Assembly (NCBI RefSeq): GCF_000020025.1
Contig: NC_010628.1
Span: 8,040,001-8,072,000 of the forward strand
Reading direction: 5' to 3'
From: Nostoc punctiforme PCC 73102
GTDB lineage: Bacteria > Cyanobacteriota > Cyanobacteriia > Cyanobacteriales > Nostocaceae
Length of the DNA stretch: 32,000 nt
Below the pieces are notes generated by a model. It did not search any database. It saw nothing but the letters and a program-made list of their open reading frames with translations, and was not told the DNA's origin. Position numbers and translations under genes: made by a program. The first letter of the stretch is position 1. Every line of letters starts with the position of its first letter. Of the stretch, positions 9,441-16,431 are shown piece by piece.

Positions 9441-9562
9441 AGTTCTCGTTCTCAGCTTCTAGCTAGTCATACATATCGTTGAGGCTAACATCTCACATTA
9501 TTAGGCATAATTAAACATATAATAAAATTTTAGTTCGTAGTGAGCAATTTATCGTTTATAGG

Positions 9563-9680
9563 CTAATACGGTTCAGTTAAGGTTAAAACTCTTTCTTTAT
9601 CAAGGTCAAATTTTTTAACGAACCGCAGAGGCGCAGAGGGAACAGAGAGAAGAAAAAAATGCTTAACTGAACCGTATTAG
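9563..9680. mobile_element. 118-bp MITE with perfect 19-bp terminal inverted repeats and an 8-bp target-site duplication
   Basis: TIR-L ctaatacggttcagttaag (9563..9581) is the exact reverse complement of TIR-R cttaactgaaccgtattag (9662..9680). The element is flanked by the direct repeat tttatagg at 9555..9562 and 9681..9688. Confidence 0.75.
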
Positions 9681-9748
9681 TTTATAGGCAAGCTTATTAA
9701 GACTAAACTTCTGACACCATTATTTTTTGTTAGGTTGCGCCAAATTTC

Positions 9749-9776
9749 CTTTCTTTCTTTCTTTCTTTCTTTCTTT
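9749..9776. repeat. (CTTT)7 microsatellite
   Basis: Read directly from the sequence. It lies in the spacer between the two dynamin-like genes, about 310 bp upstream of the DLP-J start codon. Confidence 0.9.
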
Positions 9777-9892
9777 GTGTCCTTTGCACCCTTTGCAGTT
9801 CGTTCCTAATTGCCAAAGTCAATTATTTTAACGAACCGCAAAGAACGCGAAGAAAAGAAACATTTAAATGAATCGTATTGACTTATAGTTAT

Positions 9893-9916
9893 GGGAGGCA
9901 TAGTTCAGAGCCTCCC
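9893..9916. terminator. Possible stem-loop downstream of BDLP
   Basis: gggaggc-N10-gcctccc forms a 7-bp GC-rich stem about 50 nt after the BDLP stop codon. No clear U-tract follows, so the call is weak. Confidence 0.3.
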
Positions 9917-9964
9917 TATAAACATTTCTAGCTTCTATCTAAGAATGAGAGTAATAAACTGTTA

Positions 9965-12046
9965 TTAGCTATAGTAAGCTAATAAATTGCTATACGCCGC
10001 CTCGATTTTTTGCAACTGAGCTATTACATCTTCCTGTAAGTTTTTTAAACGATTGAACTCACTCTCACGATTGATTTCACGGGTTTGTTTCTGTTTGACT
10101 AAATTATCTAATTCGGATTTGCGAGATACAATATCATCGTTAATCCGCTTACTCACTTCTCTTTCGTAAGAGTCAAAACACTCTTTTACGGCATTATATA
10201 CAACCTGAGATTGCTCGTGTGCCACTTGTGGTAAGTGTTTAACTAATTCTTTCTTCGCCGTTTTAACTAACTCCCTACGTGCTTGATCTGCTTGCAAAAA
10301 TCCTACTCCCAAGCCTAGCAACGCAAATCCGATTGGACCAAGCAAAATACCCGTCACTGCTGTAATTATCCCGCCAATACCAATTACAGTGAAGTAGTTT
10401 AACAAAATATTTTTCCAATCGAATCCGGCACCGGCTAGTGCGAAACCAGCAAGATTTCCTTTAGACAGTGATAACAATCCCATTGCCCATTTTGCCCAGC
10501 CGGGAGAGTTATCTTCTTCAGCAGTAGTAGTGGTATGTACCTTTACGTCTTTTCCGGTGAGCTTTTCTGTAATTTGGTCTGTGATTTGATTGTAAGATGC
10601 ACCATATTGTGATGCACTGCGAGAAAGTTCTTTAAAAGCTGCGTTAATATCTTTTTCAGCAGTTAATGTCCAAGCCGCAGATTTGTCGGTAATATATTGC
10701 TCAAAGGCTTTTTGCAGTGCGGCGTTAAATGCTTCTCGTTTACCACTACTGAGAAAATCAAACAAATTTAATTCTGGTTGATAGCGTAAGAAGTCGTTTT
10801 CAAAGGTATTACCTAAGTTTAAAACGTAACTGCGGAAAGATTCAGAAATCGTTCTTGCTTGAGTATCTCTTGTATTGATAATTTCTTTTTGGAATTCATC
10901 CCGAATACCTGTGAGTTTGTTAAACTCAGGTTCCACTGAATCAATCCGTTTTTTTAATTCATTTACATCTTGCTCAAGTAATGGTATACGTCTTGCAACT
11001 GCTTCGCGGGTATGATTGCAGGCAAGTCTTGCCAAGGTTCTGACTTGACGAAGTTCTGCGATCGCACGTTCTCTGGTAAGAAAAGTATTAAGCGAATCCA
11101 TAAACTTCGGAAAGCCAGTCCCATCTAAATCAGCTTGCGGGTTCTTCAACCGTCGTCTGAGTGCTTGAATCGACGAAAGCTCAAATACCCGTTCGTCATA
11201 AATATTCTGACCTTCTACAGTACAATATTCTGCTAAATTTGCGTTAAATACTTGCCGCAATCTATTCTCAGATGCTTGTAATTCTTCGACATCATCAGGA
11301 TCGATCAATGATTCTCGCACCTGATCCCAAGCATTAACTAAAAAGAAAACTGTTAATCCCCGACCTTTGATATAATTTTCTAGGTAGCGACGCTCACCCA
11401 AGGTACAAGGTTGAGAAGCTCTCATCACAAACAGAATTGCATGGCAGTTATTTACATAACCCAAAGATAATTCGTTTCGCGCTTCTGTATCATTCAATCC
11501 TGGACTATCGACAATTTCGATTCCCTTTTGTAGTAGCGTTAAGGGATACTCAACTACTGCATAATCAACATCGGGAAAGGCTTGTTTTTTCTCTTGCTCT
11601 AGTTTTTTAGCTTCAGCCGGATCAATAGTATATTTATATTTAAAGTTCTGAAAATCTAGCTGTTGGGGGCTTTTTCCATCATTAAAATGAATGGTAACTT
11701 TCTTTTCTGGTCCATAACGTAAAACTGTTAACACTGCGGTACAAGGGTTAACATCGCTTGGTAATAAGTTTTCACCAATTAAGGCGTTAAGAAAAGTACT
11801 TTTTCCCCGCTTCATATCGCCTAATACTAAAAGGCGAAATACACCTTGTTGGAGGTTTTTACTCGCTATTGTAATATCTTCAATATCTCGCTCTAAACTG
11901 AGTTTTCCTGATGAGGAGTCCCCAGCTAACTCAGCCTTATTAATTGTTTCAGCCAGTTTATTCAAACATACAGACATTTCCGATCGCACTTGAGCAACCC
12001 GCTCTAAATCTTGGATAAATCTGTCAGTTGCTACTTGATTCACCAT
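9965..12046 (-). CDS. Bacterial dynamin-like protein (BDLP)
   Basis: G1 motif LGDMKRGKSTFLNA, G3 motif VDSPGLND, and NAWD in place of the G4 motif. The paddle/membrane-insertion region is GFALAGAGFDWKNILLNYFTVIGIGGIITAVTGILLGPIGFALLGLGVGFL. From memory, the sequence matches the N. punctiforme BDLP used for the 2006 crystal structures. Confidence 0.95.
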   Translation of the reverse strand: MVNQVATDRFIQDLERVAQVRSEMSVCLNKLAETINKAELAGDSSSGKLSLERDIEDITIASKNLQQGVFRLLVLGDMKRGKSTFLNALIGENLLPSDVNPCTAVLTVLRYGPEKKVTIHFNDGKSPQQLDFQNFKYKYTIDPAEAKKLEQEKKQAFPDVDYAVVEYPLTLLQKGIEIVDSPGLNDTEARNELSLGYVNNCHAILFVMRASQPCTLGERRYLENYIKGRGLTVFFLVNAWDQVRESLIDPDDVEELQASENRLRQVFNANLAEYCTVEGQNIYDERVFELSSIQALRRRLKNPQADLDGTGFPKFMDSLNTFLTRERAIAELRQVRTLARLACNHTREAVARRIPLLEQDVNELKKRIDSVEPEFNKLTGIRDEFQKEIINTRDTQARTISESFRSYVLNLGNTFENDFLRYQPELNLFDFLSSGKREAFNAALQKAFEQYITDKSAAWTLTAEKDINAAFKELSRSASQYGASYNQITDQITEKLTGKDVKVHTTTTAEEDNSPGWAKWAMGLLSLSKGNLAGFALAGAGFDWKNILLNYFTVIGIGGIITAVTGILLGPIGFALLGLGVGFLQADQARRELVKTAKKELVKHLPQVAHEQSQVVYNAVKECFDSYEREVSKRINDDIVSRKSELDNLVKQKQTREINRESEFNRLKNLQEDVIAQLQKIEAAYSNLLAYYS

Positions 12047-12062
12047 AATATTTACACCTTAA

Positions 12063-12389
12063 TTAAAGATTGGTTTTTTTAGATTCCAAAAATAATTTGT
12101 AAGACATCCATCCCAGCGCCGCAACAATAATAAACCCAGCCAACACTGAGGCTATTCTCACTGCAACTAGTGTTACTACACCAAGAGCAAACAGCTTTCC
12201 ACCCAGAATCACTTTTTGCATCCAAGGTTTCTGAGAATTTTCTGGCTGATGCTTCACAGTTTGATGAAAAGCTGCATTGGTAGTATGGAGGCTAGTTTCC
12301 ATTTCCCGGAGTCGCAATTCAACTTCTCGTTCTCGTAGTAAACATTCCCGGAGTTCAAGTTCTTTTTGGCGATCGCTTTCAGATGTCAT
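12063..12389 (-). CDS. Small coiled-coil plus two-TM membrane protein, probably co-transcribed with BDLP
   Basis: The N-terminus is a charged heptad-like segment, QKELELRECLLREREVELRLREMETSL. The C-terminus has two hydrophobic helices (LFALGVVTLVAVRIASVLAGFIIVAALGWMSY). Its stop codon is 16 nt upstream of the BDLP start on the same strand. Confidence 0.65.
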   Translation of the reverse strand: MTSESDRQKELELRECLLREREVELRLREMETSLHTTNAAFHQTVKHQPENSQKPWMQKVILGGKLFALGVVTLVAVRIASVLAGFIIVAALGWMSYKLFLESKKTNL

Positions 12390-12563
12390 CGGTATCCACT
12401 CCGTCTAAGACAATGAAAAGATGTCAGCATTTACTCGCTAATCATGCTGTATCCTAACTTACGTAAATCTTTAAAAACCCCAGTAAAATTACTATTTTAA
12501 TTGCCTGCTAAATTGAAGCTGTAGTTAGCCACTACAAAATGCACCTGCTTCCCAGAACTAAAG

Positions 12564-12738
12564 CCAATACAGTTCAGTTAAGCATTTTTTTCTTTTCTCT
12601 GTTTGCTCTGCGTCTCTGTGGTAGCCTGACGCTCCTTCTCTGCGAGACGCTGCGCGAACGTCGCTACCGCTTCGCTAATGCGTCTACGTAAAAAATTGAC
12701 TTTAACAAAGAGTTTGAGCCTTAACCGAACCGTATTGG
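12564..12738. mobile_element. Second copy of the 9563-type MITE in opposite orientation, carrying a nested insert
   Basis: The TIRs ccaatacagttcagttaag and cttaaccgaaccgtattgg match in 17 of 19 positions when one is reverse-complemented. The flanking 8-mers aactaaag and aaccaaag match in 7 of 8 positions. The interior shares the gcatttttttcttttctctg...ctctgcg core with the first copy and also contains an unrelated repeat (ttctctgcgagacgctgcgcg) that recurs at about 12920. Confidence 0.65.
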
Positions 12739-13068
12739 AACCAAAGCGAAGCACCGAACTACTAAGGTGCGATCGCATGATCGCAATGGGCATTATTCAC
12801 TGTAAATGATGCCTAACTTTTGCCAGTTACGCCGTCTGTTTAGAACCTGCTTTTGAGTCTGCGGTCGATTTTAACCGGGTAATGGTGGCTTTACGAATGC
12901 GTAGGCGTAGCCCGCACTTCTCTACGAGACGCTCCGCGTAGCTTGCTTCCACGAAGTGGTACGGCAAGCTCAGTGACCACCGCAGGCATCACTCTTGCGT
13001 ACCCCGCCTGTCATCTCGTATTCCCGGCTGTCTTTGCCATACTTCAACGCCACACCACTTAACAAGCG

Positions 13069-13250
13069 TTCTGAACAAAAAGACTTGTGTTCTGAACAAA
13101 CGGGCTTATGTTCTGAACGAACGGGCTTGTGTTCTGAACAAACGGGCTTATGTTCTGAACGAACGGGCTTGTATTCTGAACGAATGGGCTTGTGTTCTGA
13201 ACGGATGGGCTTGTGTTCTGAACGAATGGGCTTGTGTTCTGAACAAACAT
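13069..13250. repeat. 21-bp tandem array, about 8.7 copies (consensus ttctgaacgaacgggcttgtg)
   Basis: Units start at 13069, 13090, 13111, 13132, 13153, 13174, 13195, 13216 and 13237, with point variants. All reading frames stay open only because 21 is a multiple of 3. Confidence 0.95.
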
Positions 13251-13353
13251 ATAAAACTAATATTTTAATTTTGAAATACATCTATTAAAGAGAGACGCGA
13301 TAAATGCTTTCTCTAAGTAGTAGTGCAAAATTAAATATACATCTGTCATTCTG

Positions 13354-13398
13354 GAGTTTAGTGGGTCATGAATTGAAAGTTCATGACCCACTAAACTC
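13354..13398. other. Perfect 19-bp-stem hairpin / palindrome
   Basis: gagtttagtgggtcatgaa (13354..13372), loop ttgaaag, then ttcatgacccactaaactc (13380..13398). The stem can extend by about 3 more pairs, one of them G:U. Confidence 0.85.
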
Positions 13399-14014
13399 TA
13401 GTACAATAGAACAAAAATTTTTGCAAGTATTAATACTGCTTTAAATGTATAAATATTTATATTTTACTTAAATATATTGATTAGCGTAGGCGTAGCCCGC
13501 CGTAGGCATCGCACCTTTTTTATCCGACCTCACAAAATTGCGTTGCTCCCTATTAGCATACGTTGTGGCATCATTTGACGATGTTTATCTAGGTGGGTGA
13601 GGGCGATCGCTCTTGGCGGCGGGTACGCCGGGAGCGCAATCGTCTGCTAGTTCCTGCTCAATGTCGATGTTTTTCGAGTTGCATTTAGAGCGATGCATAG
13701 TTAATGTATTAAACGACACTTATTTTTCGGAGCTTTACTATGTAGTACTACTTAGTTATGCGTACACCATAGCCTTGGTAAGGAGAGCCAGATTCGAGCG
13801 GTTGCCTTTGCAACTGCCATTTGGGCAATCGCTCAAATTCATACTTCAATTATGCAACGCCCACTTTTTTACATTGCGCCCGAACAAACAGGAGGCTGTC
13901 AGGCAATCACGAATCATTAGCAAGGCTGTAACCATAAAATTACCTGGCTTTTCCCGCCGCTATGCTCAACTGGTGGCAGGCAGTGGCAGACGCTCTGCTA
14001 TGGCTTTACTTTTA

Positions 14015-14344
14015 TTAATCATCATCAGAATCCCAGGGACCCCCGTGATCATAACCCCCGTGATCATAACCCCCGTGACCATAACCCCCGTGACCATAAC
14101 CCCCGTGACCATAACCCCCGTGACCATAACCCCCGTGACCATAACCCCCGTGACCATAACCCCCGTGACCATAACCCTCGTGACCATAGCCCCCGTGACC
14201 ATAACCTCCGTGACCATAACCCCCGTGACCATAACCCCCGTGACCATAACCTCCGTGACCATAACTATAACCACCAGATAGAAGCTGCTGTTCGTTTGTG
14301 GATAGTTCTGTCAGCAACTCACATATGTTAATTTGATCCGACAT
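14015..14344 (-). CDS. Double-glycine-leader secreted peptide precursor with a (GYGHG)n repeat core
   Basis: A GAGG Shine-Dalgarno sequence lies 7 nt upstream of the ATG at 14344 (ctGAGGtaattATG). The leader MSDQINICELLTELSTNEQQLLSGG fits the GG-leader consensus (L-12, E-8, L-4, G-2, G-1). The core is YSYGHG(GYGHG)n...GYDHGGYDHGGPWDSDDD. Confidence 0.7.
   Translation of the reverse strand: MSDQINICELLTELSTNEQQLLSGGYSYGHGGYGHGGYGHGGYGHGGYGHGGYGHEGYGHGGYGHGGYGHGGYGHGGYGHGGYGHGGYGHGGYDHGGYDHGGPWDSDDD
14041..14265. repeat. 15-bp tandem repeat x15 (ccccgtgaccataac) encoding the GYGHG core
   Basis: Read directly. The variant units are gatcataac (changing G to D) and ccctcgtgaccatagc (changing G to E). 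Confidence 0.95.
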
Positions 14345-14965
14345 AATTACCTCAGTTTTATTCATTACCTGTTACAAACTGTACCGATCTGAAATACAAA
14401 TTTGGAGCGATCAAAATCTGGAATTTTAATGCTCCAGACCATTCAAAACCTAATTGAAATTCTCATGGAAGTCATTGTGGCGAACCAACAATGTATCTTA
14501 ACTTTTATATTTTTCATTGGAGTAGCTACTCCTTCTTTTTATAGATATGGTTATCTATAAAAAGTCTGAAATTTTCTTGATTAGGCGATGTTACAAAAAT
14601 AGTGTGAATTGCAGCAACAAATCGATGAAAACCGGAATCAAGGTATAAAAATTTTTAAGCAGCTTTCGTAACTTCTCAATAAGCGCTGGTAAAGCTAATA
14701 GAGGTGTTTAAGGAAGACAATGGGATAAATCCGGAATGAGCTAGGGTTGCTTTGAGGGCAAAAATCTGGTTTAACAACTTACAAGTGTTTGGGTCTTATC
14801 TGAACTGTATTGCATCGCGTCTGATCTTTCCGCAATCCAGGGATTTATAGAGACGCGATGAATCGCGTTTTCTTCCTCAAAATAGAATTTTAGGCAAATT
14901 AGATGTAAATCATGCCACCGCTATAAGCCAAAATTTTTATAGATACTCACACAGGTATAGTCAAA

Positions 14966-15940
14966 ATGGATATTAAAAATGGCTTCGTCGGCGCTGTTGG
15001 CAACACACCCCTGATTCGCTTAAACAGCTTCAGTGAAGAAACAGGGTGTGAAATCCTCGCAAAAGCTGAATTTCTCAATCCTGGCGGTTCCGTCAAAGAC
15101 CGCGCCGCACTTTACATCATCGAAGATGCAGAAAAGAAAGGTTTACTCAAACCCGGTGGTACGGTTGTAGAAGGAACTGCTGGTAATACTGGCATTGGAC
15201 TGGCGCATATTTGCAACGCCAAAGGCTACAAATGCCTAATTATTATTCCCGATACCCAATCACAAGAAAAAATAGACGCACTGATCGCATTAGGCGCAGA
15301 AGTCCGTCGCGTTCCTGCCGTACCCTACAAAGACCCAAATAACTACGTCAAGCTATCTGGAAGAGTCGCTGCTGAGTTGGAAAATGCTATTTGGGCGAAT
15401 CAGTTTGATAACCTAGCCAATCGCCACGCCCACTACGAAACCACAGGGCCAGAAATTTGGAAACAGACAGATGGTAAAATAGATGCATGGACAGCTTCAA
15501 CTGGTACTGGTGGTACTTATGCTGGTGTGGCGTTGTACTTAAAAGAACAAAATCCAGGAATCAAATGCGTTGTTGCCGATCCACTGGGTAGCGCACTTTA
15601 TAGCTATGTCAAAACCGGCGAAATCAATATAAAAGGAAATTCCATCACCGAAGGTATCGGAAATGGTCGTGTCACAGCCAATATGGAAGGCGCACCTGCT
15701 GATGATGCCATCCAAATCGATGACAAAGAAGCTTTACGAGTAGTTTACCAACTGCTAAGGAAAGATGGGCTGCTAATGGGCGGCTCAACGGGGATTAATG
15801 TTGGCGCAGCTGTTGCTCTAGCGAAGCAATTGGGCCCAGGACATACCATTGTCACCATCTTGTGTGATAGTGGTTCACGGTATCAGTCGCGGATATTCAA
15901 CCCTGAATGGCTAGCTTCAAAAGGACTTTCAATAGATTAG
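14966..15940 (+). CDS. PLP-dependent cysteine synthase family protein (CysK/CBS-like)
   Basis: GNTPLIRL, the PLP-lysine motif NPGGSVKDRAA, TAGNTGIGLA and a GTGGT loop are all present. Length is 324 aa. Confidence 0.9.
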   Translation: MDIKNGFVGAVGNTPLIRLNSFSEETGCEILAKAEFLNPGGSVKDRAALYIIEDAEKKGLLKPGGTVVEGTAGNTGIGLAHICNAKGYKCLIIIPDTQSQEKIDALIALGAEVRRVPAVPYKDPNNYVKLSGRVAAELENAIWANQFDNLANRHAHYETTGPEIWKQTDGKIDAWTASTGTGGTYAGVALYLKEQNPGIKCVVADPLGSALYSYVKTGEINIKGNSITEGIGNGRVTANMEGAPADDAIQIDDKEALRVVYQLLRKDGLLMGGSTGINVGAAVALAKQLGPGHTIVTILCDSGSRYQSRIFNPEWLASKGLSID

Positions 15941-16043
15941 TTAATGGGGAATTGGGAATTGGGCATGAATCAATAGTTCTTCCTCTGCCTCCCCTGCCTC
16001 TCCTTTCCTGTGTGTCCTCTGCGCCTCTGTGGTTCGTTAAAAA

Positions 16044-16376
16044 ATGTCAAACATAACTCAACCATCAAACTTTCCGATAATAGACCAACCTTCTTCTTCT
16101 AGATGTGTGCGGGTTTGTCAAAATCGCACCTGCAAAAAGCAAGGTGCAGCCAAGGTTTTTGCAGCTTTTACAGCTTTGCCAATTCCTGATGTAACAGTAA
16201 CGGCTAGCAGCTGTTTGGGGCAATGTGGCAATGGGCCAATGGTGCTGGTATTACCCGATATGGTCTGGTATAGCGGCGTTAAACCCCATGAAGTATCTCT
16301 ACTGATAGAAAATCATTTGCTAGGTGGTCAAAGAGTCAAACAGATGCTCTATTATCGGTTTCATCCCCAGAAATAA
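16044..16376 (+). CDS. Thioredoxin-like [2Fe-2S] ferredoxin domain protein
   Basis: The Cys pattern VRVCQNRTC ... SSCLGQCGNGPMV is typical of the NuoE/thioredoxin-like 2Fe-2S ferredoxin family. Confidence 0.85.
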   Translation: MSNITQPSNFPIIDQPSSSRCVRVCQNRTCKKQGAAKVFAAFTALPIPDVTVTASSCLGQCGNGPMVLVLPDMVWYSGVKPHEVSLLIENHLLGGQRVKQMLYYRFHPQK

Positions 16377-16431
16377 AGCTAAATTTTCAATATCAGGCTC
16401 TGTAATCTTGTTGACTGAAGCGAGGCATCCA

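Noticed and set aside
12578-12793. 71-aa ORF on the minus strand
   Set aside because: It lies almost wholly inside the MITE copy at 12564..12738, and its Arg/Leu/Ser-rich sequence is repeat-derived.
13069-13250. Possibility that the 21-bp arrays (here and at 28288) are CRISPR arrays
   Set aside because: The units are directly abutting with no unique spacers, the repeats are too short, and there are no cas genes in the window.
12970-13288. Three overlapping ORFs (12970..13281 -, 12995..13288 +, 13059..13250 -) encoding heptapeptide repeats
   Set aside because: All of them run through the 21-bp tandem array. Because 21 is a multiple of 3 and the unit has no stop codon in most frames, several frames stay open by construction. 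No RBS is visible and the composition is not protein-like. I treat the region as non-coding, with the caveat recorded in the finding.
13613-14281. 222-aa plus-strand ORF and 102-aa minus-strand ORF (13966..14274) with VTITP / GVMVT repeats
   Set aside because: These are frame artefacts of the 15-bp repeat. Only the minus-strand GYGHG frame has a Shine-Dalgarno sequence, a recognisable leader and a defined C-terminus. The non-repeat part of the 222-aa ORF does not look like protein.
6410-14344. Idea that the CopM-like protein and the His-rich GYGHG peptide form one metal-handling system
   Set aside because: They are about 7 kb apart with the unrelated dynamin operon between them. Nothing in the sequence links them apart from His-rich composition, so I kept them as separate observations.
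14813-14860. 10-bp perfect inverted repeat catcgcgtct ... agacgcgatg about 105 bp upstream of the cysteine synthase gene, considered as an operator
   Set aside because: The same agagacgcgat motif recurs at ~13291 in unrelated non-coding DNA. It is more likely a member of a dispersed short-repeat family than a gene-specific operator.
16324-16431. Track start at 16324 for the 355-aa ORF, overlapping the ferredoxin gene by 53 nt
   Set aside because: The upstream extension begins at a non-ATG codon and overlaps the ferredoxin C-terminus. The ATG at 16432 gives a sensible N-terminus, so I used that.
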